From the IMG/VR virus record IMGVR_UViG_3300045988_102159, positions 64,001-128,000 of that record: a stretch of DNA of 64,000 bases; one strand, written 5' to 3'. Positions 12,501 through 21,781 of the stretch are shown here, piece by piece. A program made the position numbers and the translations under genes. This DNA is from a virus. The notes below the pieces were generated by a model. It did no database searches. It had not been told where the DNA came from and was given only the letters and a program-made list of their open reading frames with translations. Each line of letters opens with the position of its first letter. The stretch's first letter is position 1.

Positions 12501-15500
12501 TATAACCTTCATCATCAAATTGAATACCATATCCAGATAATTTAGATTGCAGTTCATTCATTTCATCATTCTGGATACTTAACTTTTCTTTCTGTAAGTC
12601 AATTTGACGTTTTAAAAGTGAAGTCTGCTTAGAAAGATTCTCAACTAATTTATCACCAGTTAAGCGTTCCTGCTCTTTATTGATACGTTCATAGTCATTT
12701 GCGATTGCTTCAAGAAGTGTATTAACACGTTCATAACGGTCAATTTCATCATCAAGAGCTTCTTTAGTATCAGGAGTGAAGGAGCCACCGCCACCTCCAC
12801 CACCGCCGCCACCTCCGCCGCCTGAGCCAGACGAAGGAAATCCAAAGTTTGACGGTGGCACAGCGCCACCAACACCAGAAGGCGCCCAATCTTTAATGCT
12901 AGGAGTTGAAGACCCAAATAGTGAGCTTAGACCCTTTGCAAGTTGCTTAGAATGTTCTTTAATAGATGCTTGCGAACCTGTAGTAGCATTTGACCAAGTA
13001 GATTTGCCAGTAAATTTATTAACGTATTCTTCTTGAACAATTCCGTCAGCAGTAGTTCTTGTTTTACCAGTAGAAGTAAGATTCTTATTTCTGCTTGCAG
13101 CAGAACCATTAGAAGTAGAGTTATTGGTTCCTTTGATGTGCATCTTAAAGTTTGGAACAGTAATGGTACCTACTTTGTCTGTACCTTTTCCATCCTCGGT
13201 AGACTTAATATCATAGGTAGAAGCTGTAACTTCTTCTGTACTACTGCTAACGTCACCATCAATGCCACCAAACATAGCCATAATATCAGAAATAATACCT
13301 GATATGCCATCTGCCATATTTGAAACTGCGCCTTCGGCTTCTGCCATTGTTCCTTGCATCGCCGCACCAGCAACTTCACTATTGGACATCATAGCTTTTG
13401 CTAAGCCCTGTCCTGTAGTAAGCATGGTATATGCTTGGTCAAGTGTCATTGCTCCAGTAGACGCAATTGAAGCAGCTGTGTTTTTCGCGGCATCGGTATT
13501 TGTCTGATAAAAAGTTGTCATTGAACTAGCTAAGCCAGAAATGGTATCAGCATATTGCTCTTTAATGCCACCCATTTCATTTGTTGCGCTAGTAGCTACT
13601 TTACCAGTATCCTCAAATACTTCATTAATTTTTTCAAAATTGTCTGTAACAAAATTATTAAAATCAGCAGCAGCATCAAGATTTTTCATGCTCTTGGCTA
13701 GTTTATTAATTTGTTTGGCGGCATCTCTCTGCTTTTTTGACATACCAGCAGTAACATTGCTAATATCCCTAGAATTCTTAATTTGCTCAACTTGTTCATC
13801 AGTTAAACCACTAGTTGCCTGTTCCATTTTAATAGATTGCTGTGCAGCTTTTTTCATTGTATTGGAATACTGAGTAACATTCATTTTGCCACTCTTGAAC
13901 TGCTTATTAGCTTGCTGCAAGCCAGTATACAGTTCATTTGTCATAATCTGAGCAAAATTAGAAATATCATCATCGTTTAATACGTCAGCAAGTTTCTGAC
14001 CGCTGTTAACAGCGTTATCAATTTTGCTTGCTAAAGTATCAAAACCAGAATTTAACCTATCTAAGAAATCTGTGTTTGAAATAGCGCCATTAGTAAGTAA
14101 GTCATTAAGTTGTTGTATTTCTTGAAGTGGTTGTTGTAAATCAAGATTATTATTAGAAAGGTTCTGGTATGCCGCAAGAATGTCTGTATTCGCTTGAGAC
14201 ATATTAATGGCTTCGCCAGTTGCTTCTTTCATCGCAGCGGTCTGTTCACGTGTTTTTTGTGTCCACTGTTCAACCGCACGCTGATTCAGCTGATATTGGT
14301 CGCCAACCTTTTGCAAGAATTCAACATACCCTGGATGTTCTACCATAATATTAGCGGCTTCATCTTCTGTAAAACCACCGTTCTTTTGGTAAGCAGTTTG
14401 ATAGTCTTCAAGAACGTCTTTCATTGAAGACTTGCTCTTGACCGCACTCTCTAGGTTATCTGTTGAAATATCAGAACTTAATCCTGCCATAACAGAATTT
14501 TTAACATCGTCCTTGCCACCTTGCATAGCAGAAACGAGTCCGTCGATATATTCTTGTCCAGCTTCTTTTCCAAGAGACTGATATTTAGCTTTAATAGCTT
14601 CATTATCTAGAAGAGAATCTTCAATTTCTTTCTTAGATTTATTAACAAAATCACTCTTATTCAATCCGTCTTCTGCGGCACTAGCCATATTGTCAATAAT
14701 GGTTTTTGCATTAGCAATATTTTCGTCATTTAAGTAATCCTGAGCATCAGAAACATGTTGTTTTGCTTCATCTAGCTTTGACTTTGTATGTTCATACATA
14801 ACATCGTCTTTGCTCATGCTATTAAGTTTTTTCTGATACTTATCTACTTCTTTTTGAGCTTTAGCAGATGCTTCTGTAACATTACCGATTTTCTCTTGGA
14901 TAGATAATCCGCTAGTATCTTGACCAATCCAATTTGTAGTTAAACCAGCCTGATTGCTTAAAAAGTCATTCTCAAATGCAATTCTAGCGGCATTATTAAC
15001 AAAAGGCGTATAAGTAGAAGCTCCTTTATCTAGTGCAGTTAAAGCTTGCTTACCTTGTGACGCGGCTAATTCTTTAGATGCCGTACTAGCTTTACTAATT
15101 TTTTCGGCTAAAGTATCAAAGTCTCCTGAATTTTCAAGCGCCTTACCACCCGCGATGTCAAGAGAATCAATTAGATTATCAGTAGCACTCTTTAATTCAT
15201 CAGTAACTTCCCCAGTTTGCTTATACGAAGCATATGCCGCATCAAAGGAAGAGGTATCAACAGATGCCATCTGTTGAGTATTTGTATATGTCTCAACTTG
15301 TTTGTCTCTTTCAGCTTGATTTTTTTGATGAAGAAAATTGAGCAAAGCGCCACCAGCGGTAGCGATTCCAATAGTTGCCATACCAAGAGGACTACTTAAA
15401 CCTTCGATAAGCGCTTTAAATACTTGAAGACCAGCAGATGCAATTTTTGCTCCTGCACCAAAAGCCTTAAACTTAATAGTAGTTGCTGTAAGTCCATTCG

Positions 15501-17373
15501 CAAAAGAGCCAAGTTGCATTGAATCTAATGCTGTTTGCATTTTTGCAACTTCATTTGTTTTAATGGATGCAAAAAGGTTTCCAAAATCTAACTTTGATGC
15601 TTCTTTAAGCTCAATAAAACTAGAAATCAACTGTGGAACAGTCATAGAAAGATTCATTATAGTCTGTTCAACTTTTTCTCCAGTAGTTAAATCAGCATTT
15701 GCCCATATAGAACCTAAGTTTTGGAAAGATTGCCAAGCAAAACTAAGTTGCCCAATAGCAGCTGTAGCTTGAACAATATTTTGTACGTCCATTTGCTTTT
15801 TCAGCGTATCTTCAAGACCTTCGTTTTGACCTATAACTCCTCCAAGTACAGCATGTGCGCCAGTAACTTTTTGATTTTTACGGGTCAAATCGCCAGCTGA
15901 ACCTACAGCAACACGACTTTTAACTGATGGATTATTTGCTTTATCTAAAGCCCCTTCTGCTGTTTGGTAAACTTCATTCAAATATTCTTGAAGTTCATCT
16001 ATTAAACCTAAACCTTCACCTAAATTATCAGAATTTAAACCATTCTTTTTACCATTAGCAAGTATTGAAAGTTGACGTAATACTTTAATAACTTTATAAA
16101 TCGGCTGTAAACATTCAGTAGCTTGTTCATCTAACACTGCAAAAATAGAATCTTTTCCTGCAATATTAGTTTCAGTTATACCGTAGGCTTTAAGTAACTT
16201 TTTAGTATCATTATATATAATTCGTAAGCTTGACCGACCATCTGTAGCAATTTTTGTATTGTCAGAATCAGCACCAAGTGCAGCAATTTTATCACGATGT
16301 TTTGGAATGGTTACTGAACTAATACCAGAAGATTCATTTGCAATTCCTTGGAGTCTTTGCTTTGCTTCGTTGGAAGAAATATTTTTATATAAATCTTCTC
16401 TGCCAGCATTTACATTGTTATAATACTCTTGAGTACCTCTTGCTTGAAGGACTCCATTTTCGTCTCTTAAAAGCTGAATATATTCTTTATATTCACCAGT
16501 TGCCGCGCCAATAGCCATATTAGTTTCATTAACGGATTCACGAAGTTTGGCTTCTGCATCAGTAACGCCATTAATTGCGTGGCTTGTGTCAATAAGTAGT
16601 TTATTATATTGTGTTTGCTGTTCATTGCTCATGACTGATTGGTAATTTGTTCCAACATCAATCATATTTTTCAACGGGTCTAAAGACTTATCGTCAATCT
16701 TTTGATAACCCATTGCGTTAAGTTTTTCTTTTCTTACTTTGGCATTATTTTCTTTAATCTGCCCAAGTGAGAAATTCTGTGCCATCGCTGTTAAACCATG
16801 TGCTATCTGTTTACTAAATACTCTTGAAGCAGTAGCACCAAACAAAGTTAGTGCGGCAGAACCGCCACCAATAGAATCTATCAATTTCTGCATTAAATCT
16901 AATGCAGTAGATAATCCATCAATGAATCCATAAAAATCAGAAGAATTGCCAAGACTATTGATAATACCTTCAAAAGTAGTCTGTAATTTATTTAATTTTC
17001 CTTGTAATGAATCAACATACTTTTCATTCATTACATCTAGCGTACCGCTAGCATTTTCAGAACCAGCCTTATATTGATTATATAAGTCTGAACGATTCAT
17101 CAATGCTTCAAAACGTGTAAGCTGGAATTTACCAGCAAGCGTTTGACCTACGGCAGCTTTTTGCGTAGCATCAATAGAATCCCAAACTTTCATAAGGTCT
17201 TCCATGATGTTACCAACACCACGCATCTTTCCATCGCCGTCTGTGACTTGTACACCAATTTTCTCTAATGTGGATGTGACTTTTCCTAAGTCTACTCCGT
17301 CGTCTAGAGTCTTACCCATTGATAGGTCTGAAAAGCGTGCATAAAGTGTCTTTAATCCATTACCGATTTGTTC
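9544..17373 (-). CDS. Tape measure protein, exon 2 (2609 codons)
   Basis: Comprises the 2591-aa ORF plus 18 in-frame codons upstream of its first Met (EQIGNGLKTLYARFSDLS-MGKT...). These continue the TP901-type TMP core begun in exon 1. The C-terminal GYDTGGYTGSW...GKLAFLHQKELVLN pattern is typical of Firmicutes siphophage TMPs. A 13xGly tract lies at 12784-12822. Confidence 0.8.
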   Translation of the reverse strand, partial: EQIGNGLKTLYARFSDLSMGKTLDDGVDLGKVTSTLEKIGVQVTDGDGKMRGVGNIMEDLMKVWDSIDATQKAAVGQTLAGKFQLTRFEALMNRSDLYNQYKAGSENASGTLDVMNEKYVDSLQGKLNKLQTTFEGIINSLGNSSDFYGFIDGLSTALDLMQKLIDSIGGGSAALTLFGATASRVFSKQIAHGLTAMAQNFSLGQIKENNAKVRKEKLNAMGYQKIDDKSLDPLKNMIDVGTNYQSVMSNEQQTQYNKLLIDTSHAINGVTDAEAKLRESVNETNMAIGAATGEYKEYIQLLRDENGVLQARGTQEYYNNVNAGREDLYKNISSNEAKQRLQGIANESSGISSVTIPKHRDKIAALGADSDNTKIATDGRSSLRIIYNDTKKLLKAYGITETNIAGKDSIFAVLDEQATECLQPIYKVIKVLRQLSILANGKKNGLNSDNLGEGLGLIDELQEYLNEVYQTAEGALDKANNPSVKSRVAVGSAGDLTRKNQKVTGAHAVLGGVIGQNEGLEDTLKKQMDVQNIVQATAAIGQLSFAWQSFQNLGSIWANADLTTGEKVEQTIMNLSMTVPQLISSFIELKEASKLDFGNLFASIKTNEVAKMQTALDSMQLGSFANGLTATTIKFKAFGAGAKIASAGLQVFKALIEGLSSPLGMATIGIATAGGALLNFLHQKNQAERDKQVETYTNTQQMASVDTSSFDAAYASYKQTGEVTDELKSATDNLIDSLDIAGGKALENSGDFDTLAEKISKASTASKELAASQGKQALTALDKGASTYTPFVNNAARIAFENDFLSNQAGLTTNWIGQDTSGLSIQEKIGNVTEASAKAQKEVDKYQKKLNSMSKDDVMYEHTKSKLDEAKQHVSDAQDYLNDENIANAKTIIDNMASAAEDGLNKSDFVNKSKKEIEDSLLDNEAIKAKYQSLGKEAGQEYIDGLVSAMQGGKDDVKNSVMAGLSSDISTDNLESAVKSKSSMKDVLEDYQTAYQKNGGFTEDEAANIMVEHPGYVEFLQKVGDQYQLNQRAVEQWTQKTREQTAAMKEATGEAINMSQANTDILAAYQNLSNNNLDLQQPLQEIQQLNDLLTNGAISNTDFLDRLNSGFDTLASKIDNAVNSGQKLADVLNDDDISNFAQIMTNELYTGLQQANKQFKSGKMNVTQYSNTMKKAAQQSIKMEQATSGLTDEQVEQIKNSRDISNVTAGMSKKQRDAAKQINKLAKSMKNLDAAADFNNFVTDNFEKINEVFEDTGKVATSATNEMGGIKEQYADTISGLASSMTTFYQTNTDAAKNTAASIASTGAMTLDQAYTMLTTGQGLAKAMMSNSEVAGAAMQGTMAEAEGAVSNMADGISGIISDIMAMFGGIDGDVSSSTEEVTASTYDIKSTEDGKGTDKVGTITVPNFKMHIKGTNNSTSNGSAASRNKNLTSTGKTRTTADGIVQEEYVNKFTGKSTWSNATTGSQASIKEHSKQLAKGLSSLFGSSTPSIKDWAPSGVGGAVPPSNFGFPSSGSGGGGGGGGGGGGGSFTPDTKEALDDEIDRYERVNTLLEAIANDYERINKEQERLTGDKLVENLSKQTSLLKRQIDLQKEKLSIQNDEMNELQSKLSGYGIQFDDEGYISNYAKIHQGLIDNVNNLINQYNAAGTEEAQDAINDQIDAANDNLDKFKTLYQRYDTLISSDLRDTIQQIEDLNDEIEDLRINVLKTQIESLDNLKDIQESLVDFDRAFNRGIQLTPYQEAADNVAKLGKYFDVATMSVDEYYDNLIKKQEDAANAKGASDAYKKWSAGRVEELKAAKQRALNGDKSVDYYGTGYFDMSMKNLTDINAQMKQFEETGKSDIFGENSADLYDVAKTVYEQAAGLAQDYWSLIESLHDNVMDMIDDISDKMDRRKDQYEAITDELEHWLDITELLHGEESYDDLNTILGAQQNNYKAQLNELMQQRDIWKDMLGSMKEGSEEWNEVSDKIKDATSDINDLIQNSLENLQKQYSNTVSKITKAWGTKAVGTDLDWMNTQWELINRNADYYLDDVNKSYNIQKLQSKYLDLLDGSNDLAIQQKISAQMKEQLEYLRDKTKLSEYDVNYANAQLEILQKQIALEEAQRNKSQMKLRRDTQGNYSYVYTANDDNVRSAQSDLLDAQNNAYNMSKDQMKQTQADSLSALQDAQSTVNDIWNNANLSLEEKTKRTQAIIDSLKEYLAGTSEQLSTSQKNIINDFIGMCDMLTGENKDNLQDVYDQIVNGSTDAFDQIDTRWSTSLTSWLQNMDQFKADTDKMLGDLTQAGKDYADGTKTIADIAKTNFDDISNSISGTTDKTKELADSTKEFINILKDVSGEVKKTESTMTDYANRITDANNNMQAFKQLADETANKLAKKEQENANLSEALKQAEQKNYNYEHYGNANGPSSGGGGGGAGANEDTAWGIAKAIWTYGWASGWGNDPVRSSKLTGAYGTAFARHVQDIIDQYSRSGKLVDYGSMKYSSKNLIGYDTGGYTGSWSDKTADAKNGKLAFLHQKELVLNATDTQNILAAVESVRSFADKLKSTSLAQSLSTALGAVNGAKANNASETIDQNVHITAEFPAANNAAEIESALMSLNDRAIQYAYKFR

Positions 17374-17739
17374 CTTGTGTCTTAAACTCGGTCGTTAATC
17401 GAGTCCATATATAAATCCTATATGCTTCTCGTTTCCAAGAAGAAGAGACTATATTTTCTATAAAAATAGAACATTCTTTCGGATAGACTTCTATCCTATC
17501 AGAGCCAATCCTGATAGTCGTTGAACCTTTTACTAAATAGCAAAGTGGCTGCGGATTATCCAATTTTTATATCTTTTTACTATACCTAAGACATTACTCT
17601 TCGCCAATATTATATCACTATAATATTTTAGTAATATAAAACTCTAAGGATTTTCCCGCAATTTAATATTTTTCTTATAATTTAAATTATAAGCCCAATA
17701 TTTTCACTTATATATTTTAAGCAACAAGTAAAATCTTTT
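17374..17739 (-). mobile_element. Group I intron in tape measure gene (~366 nt, no ORF of note)
   Basis: Minus strand carries AAUUGCGGGAAA (rc 17653-17663), CCGCAGCC, GUUCAACGACUA (rc 17515-17526) and AAUAUAGUCUC. A G precedes exon 2 (GAACAAAUC). The 5' junction was chosen after GCCCCU. A P1 helix AAGCCC/GGGCUU is visible, but its register leaves +/-2 nt of doubt. Confidence 0.8.
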
Positions 17740-18708
17740 AGGGGCTTCTCGCGTAACGGATTCAATTGTCGCAATCTGGGCGTTTAATTGGTCTGTAGAA
17801 ACTCCAAGCGTAGCTGCCGCTGATGCAGCTTTCTGGGATGCTTCTGCCAACTCTCCAACATCCGCAGCAGAAATATTTGCTACGTTAGCCCAAGAGTCTA
17901 GTGCAGCATTAAGTTTATCAATATTATTATCAAGACCATAAGCATTCATGTATGCTGTGATTTGGTCCGACGTTGTAGCAGTGTCTTGTTGAGAGGCATT
18001 AGCTAATTTAGTTGACATCTCCGCAAGCTGCTGAGATTTGTTTAGGTCAAAACCTTGCTGGCCGAAGATAAGGGTACTATTCGTCATAGCAACAGTTGTA
18101 GAGCCAAGAGCCTTTGCAGCTTCATTAGCCTGCTTAGCATACTGAACCATCGAGTCACGTGAATAGTCAGTAACAAGCATAATTTGTGTCAGCGAATCAT
18201 CAAGGTCTTTTGCATATTCAACAGATTGACGAATAGAATCAGTAACGCCGTTAAAGGCGCTTGACATAATACCCCAACGGACTGTGTTGCCCATTGTGTT
18301 AAATAATTTATCTACCATTGAGCTGGTACTTTTGATACCAGTATCAATTTTACCCAATTGAGCAAGAACGTCTGTAAAGGCAATTTTACCAGTAGACTCT
18401 GCCATAGAAAATGAATTTTGCAGATTACGTAATGAAAGTCCACTCTCATTTAGCTGGCTAGTCAACTTTGTCATATCGAGCATTCCAATTTTAGTGTTAA
18501 AGCTCGAATTTAATGCTTTCTGAAATTTTTGAATATTGTTGATAGCCGCAGAAGCTTGCGTATTATCAATAATATCCCGAGACTGCATTTCCTTTAGCTG
18601 AACAGAAACTTTATTAAGCTCAGTCTGTAATTGAGTCAAACCAGAACGGTCTAATGTAGTTCGTAGATTATACTCAATAGTATTTGAATATTTACTAATG
18701 GTAATCAC
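17740..18708 (-). CDS. Tape measure protein, exon 1 (323 codons, GTG start)
   Basis: The ORF 17704-18708 makes sense up to ...IATIESVTREAP and then runs into intron sequence (KRFYLLLKIYK*). Coiled-coil N-terminus and TMP core motifs are present. The start is GTG 18708, preceded by a 13-codon uORF that holds the strong RBS. Confidence 0.75.
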
Positions 18709-18780
18709 CTACCTTATATTTATCTGTACGATTCATAATCGTACCTCCTTTTATATCTTTATTAACGTTAATATAGGCAT

Positions 18781-18815
18781 AAAAAAAAGAGCCTACTTTA
18801 TATAAAAGTAGGCTC
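18781..18815 (-). terminator. Intrinsic terminator/attenuator upstream of tape measure
   Basis: Stem GAGCCTACTTT/AAAGTAGGCTC followed by 8 T on the minus strand. Confidence 0.7.
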
Positions 18816-18837
18816 ATAATGATTATTGAATTTTGTA

Positions 18838-19488
18838 CTAAAGCTCGAACAGAGGACCTTCCTCTTGTTCGCTATCTTCTTTAACCTCTTTATTTTCTGT
18901 TGGTACGGCAGAAAGATAATCAGTAGCAGCTTTAATTGCATCATTGACTTGTTCAGGAGTTGCCATAGCCTTAACTTTAACTTTCTCCTTTAATTTACTT
19001 TCATCCTTTGGTGTATTATTCATACCCCACTTGTCAGCAATTTCAAGAACTGTCTTAGCATCACTTTCACTAAAAGCATCTTTAAAACGATTTACAGTAG
19101 ACTCTACAATATCGCCACTAAAAGTTTGAAATGTAGAGAAAATACCACGAGCAGATTGTAGATATTTAATATAATCATCAAGCCATACGCTACCAATACG
19201 ACCAAGAGCATCCATATCTACCGCAAAGTTTTTATTCATATCTTCGATAGTGCCATCAGCCAGAAGAGCATCCCAAGCATCTAAAATATTATTTGAAACC
19301 ATGCGGCCAACCTCTTCCTTACGGTCAGGATATAGAATAATCGCCGCATACGCATATAGCGCACGTTCAAAAACAAACTGATTGACAAAGCCATTATCCT
19401 CGGCAGACTGTGCCGCAAAATGGATAATGTCATACATGTCTTGAGAGGTTAGCTTTTTAGCCGTCTCTGTTTCAAAAAGAATTGCCAT
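18838..19488 (-). CDS. Possible tail assembly chaperone (216 aa)
   Basis: AAGGAG RBS and an acidic C-terminus. Sits immediately upstream of the TMP. Assignment by position only; no slippery site identified. Confidence 0.35.
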   Translation of the reverse strand: MAILFETETAKKLTSQDMYDIIHFAAQSAEDNGFVNQFVFERALYAYAAIILYPDRKEEVGRMVSNNILDAWDALLADGTIEDMNKNFAVDMDALGRIGSVWLDDYIKYLQSARGIFSTFQTFSGDIVESTVNRFKDAFSESDAKTVLEIADKWGMNNTPKDESKLKEKVKVKAMATPEQVNDAIKAATDYLSAVPTENKEVKEDSEQEEGPLFEL

Positions 19489-19552
19489 AAAATCTCCTTT
19501 TATCTCTATACCTATATGGTTGTATTATACCATACTTTTAAAACAATGTCAA

Positions 19553-21079
19553 CTAAGATTTAAAAATATCTGGCGTAAATAAATGGCCCATATTAAGTGT
19601 GATACTAATCTTAGTATTATTCAATACCTTGTAGGCAAGTTTATTACGATTTAACGCCATGCGGAAAACGTTATCTCCTTTCTGTGACGGCATAACTTTA
19701 CTTCTTAAAGTACCTAAGTCAAAACCTTCAACAAGATAATATTTGTTGCCGCCATACTTCAAAATAGTATCTGAATTATCGTAAATCTTTCTAAGAATAT
19801 CATAAATTGAAAATATCTTATTATTTACAATAAGTAAAGTTGAATAATCTCCTTTGATACCACTGCCAGCAATAGCATCCACAAGGCTTAAAGCGCCAGC
19901 TGCCTGTCTGATATTGTACCAATCCATAGCATCAACTGTAGTACCAAGAGCACCGACAAGACTATATCCATATTGACCAGCACCGGGCACAAAAGCATTT
20001 AATTTTTTTGCCAACTGCTGATATGTCATACTTCTGGCAACAAATCCTTCAACACCAAGAGCACGAGAACCTGGGCCACTGCCTTGAAATGGCGCACTTT
20101 CACGTAATTTGACATTGCCGCCAAATTCAAGTATTATACCATCTTTATTCCAATAAATATGAACGTCTTCCTTGGACTCTTTACCTTCAAGAGTATCAGT
20201 TATCTGTTGTGCTGTCCAACTTGAATAAAATTTACCATCTGCGGCAGATACAATCTGCTTTATCTTTTCGTCATTTTCCATAATAAGCTGTTGACCTTCA
20301 TTTGCGGCAACATTAATTGCATGTGCTTCTGCCATTTCGTGAACTGTGCCGCCAATAGAGTTGAAAGCAGCAGCGATAGAATCCACAGCAGATTGAAAAC
20401 TATTCTGAATATCCGCAACACCGCCATTGCCAAGAGAAGCAAGAATATCTAAGTTTTCACGTACCTTCTCCATTGCTAAAACCATCTTAGTTTCAGACTC
20501 TTTGACCATTCCCGCACTAATACTTGCGTCTGTTGGAATACCTTGTAAATCTGATGGTACATTTCCATTTGTGTAATAAGCATCTACTAAGCGTGCGGCA
20601 ACTAAAAATTCATAGTTATATGCAAGCGTCCAAATAATATTATTAACAGCTTCATTGACAGCTGTAGTAATGCTCGATACGTGCTCTAAACAGTCCTGCA
20701 CAGATGCATTAAACGCGGAACCAGCATTTGCCAGACTGACACCATCGACAAAAATATCGCCAGATGTACTATATGACTTAGCAATACCTTTGCTGTCAAA
20801 GTTCGCAATATTTTGCATTGCCTTATCAATATTTTGACCTATTACGCCGCCATTTGAAATCCAGTTATCCATCATAGATTTAATCTGTCTACCAGTATAT
20901 TTTTTGCCACTGGCCGCATTCACCTGATTAAATCTCTGAGTAAATGTACTTACTTGGCGTTTCATAATACGGTACATCGTGTCATTATCAATATCGGCTT
21001 GCCCTCTGGCAATAGTATAAGCAAGATACTCTTTACCGCCATTGTATGCTTGGACAGCACGCCAATTGAAATTGCTCAT
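19553..21079 (-). CDS. Tail-module protein (508 aa), function unknown
   Basis: AGGAGG RBS. Lies between the major tail gene and the chaperone-like gene. Confidence 0.6.
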   Translation of the reverse strand: MSNFNWRAVQAYNGGKEYLAYTIARGQADIDNDTMYRIMKRQVSTFTQRFNQVNAASGKKYTGRQIKSMMDNWISNGGVIGQNIDKAMQNIANFDSKGIAKSYSTSGDIFVDGVSLANAGSAFNASVQDCLEHVSSITTAVNEAVNNIIWTLAYNYEFLVAARLVDAYYTNGNVPSDLQGIPTDASISAGMVKESETKMVLAMEKVRENLDILASLGNGGVADIQNSFQSAVDSIAAAFNSIGGTVHEMAEAHAINVAANEGQQLIMENDEKIKQIVSAADGKFYSSWTAQQITDTLEGKESKEDVHIYWNKDGIILEFGGNVKLRESAPFQGSGPGSRALGVEGFVARSMTYQQLAKKLNAFVPGAGQYGYSLVGALGTTVDAMDWYNIRQAAGALSLVDAIAGSGIKGDYSTLLIVNNKIFSIYDILRKIYDNSDTILKYGGNKYYLVEGFDLGTLRSKVMPSQKGDNVFRMALNRNKLAYKVLNNTKISITLNMGHLFTPDIFKS

Positions 21080-21138
21080 ATTACCTCCTAAATAACATTA
21101 GTATATATTGCAATAGCAATACATATTATTGCTATTTA

Positions 21139-21175
21139 AAAAGAAAAAGGGTGTCCCAGTTAAGGAACACCCTTT
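21139..21175 (-). terminator. Intrinsic terminator after major tail gene
   Basis: Stem AAAGGGTGTCCC/GGAACACCCTTT followed by a T-run on the minus strand. Confidence 0.7.
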
Positions 21176-21318
21176 AGCTTATTTAGCTACAGACCTCTTT
21201 AGCTTAGAAACACTGGGAGTAGTCTCAGCTCCTGAAGTCTTAGTAGTCGAATCAACTGCGTTAGCAGTTACGTCTGAATGTTGTTCATCAGCCGCAGATT
21301 CAGTTGACGTTGCGGCCT

Positions 21319-21524
21319 TTATTCCCCCGCTGCTTCTGAGAAGACAGACTTAGAATACCAACTATCTACATCGGAATCCTTTGTGCGGCCATCGTGACCA
21401 AGGACATCCTTATTCTTGTAGTTGTGGGTCGTATCAGTCTTATCAACAACCTGTAGCGTAGCCATAACCTTCTTCTTCTTGTTGAACTTGGTGTAGGCAG
21501 GCATACAGTCAATAGTGAATGTAA
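21319..21524 (-). CDS. Major tail (tube-like) protein, exon 5
   Basis: Encodes (F)TFTIDCMPAYTKFNKKKKVMATLQVV...SEAAGE*. The frame is restored when it is joined to exon 4 after ...GDPST. An omega-G (21525) directly precedes it. Confidence 0.75.
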
Positions 21525-21781
21525 CATTATGTTATCTTATAGTTTCCTATAAGTTCAGACTATATCTTCACCTCTAATAATAGAGGGTTTTCCACTTCGC
21601 TTTGTTATAAAGCTACTCCATAAAGGATAGTCGTTGAACGTACTCGTTCGCTGCTGATTACCAGTTAAGGCTTCCAGCAATTCAAAAAAGATTTTACAAC
21701 GCATCGCTGCGCAGGTACCCGAACATCACTTTAAAAGACTACTAACAGACCAATTAAAGACTAATAGCAGACATTCTAGAC
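21525..21781 (-). mobile_element. Group I intron D of major tail gene (257 nt)
   Basis: P1 GUACCU/GGGUAC with U.G at the splice site. Also GAAUUGCUGGAAGCC, GUUCAACGACUA (rc 21628-21639), AGAUAUAGUCU (rc 21557-21568) and a terminal G. Confidence 0.85.

Noticed and set aside
12784-12822. Poly-Gly tract as an assembly or homopolymer artefact
   Set aside because: It is encoded by a mixture of GGC, GGT and GGA codons in frame within a 7.8-kb ORF, so it is not a nucleotide homopolymer and not a frameshift source.
17360-17563. 67-aa ORF inside the TMP intron as a homing endonuclease
   Set aside because: No LAGLIDADG, GIY-YIG, HNH or His-Cys motif and no RBS. It overlaps conserved ribozyme core elements.
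21129-21353. 74-aa plus-strand ORF between the tail gene and the 508-aa gene
   Set aside because: It is the mirror image of the open -1 frame extension on the minus strand and spans the terminator. No RBS.
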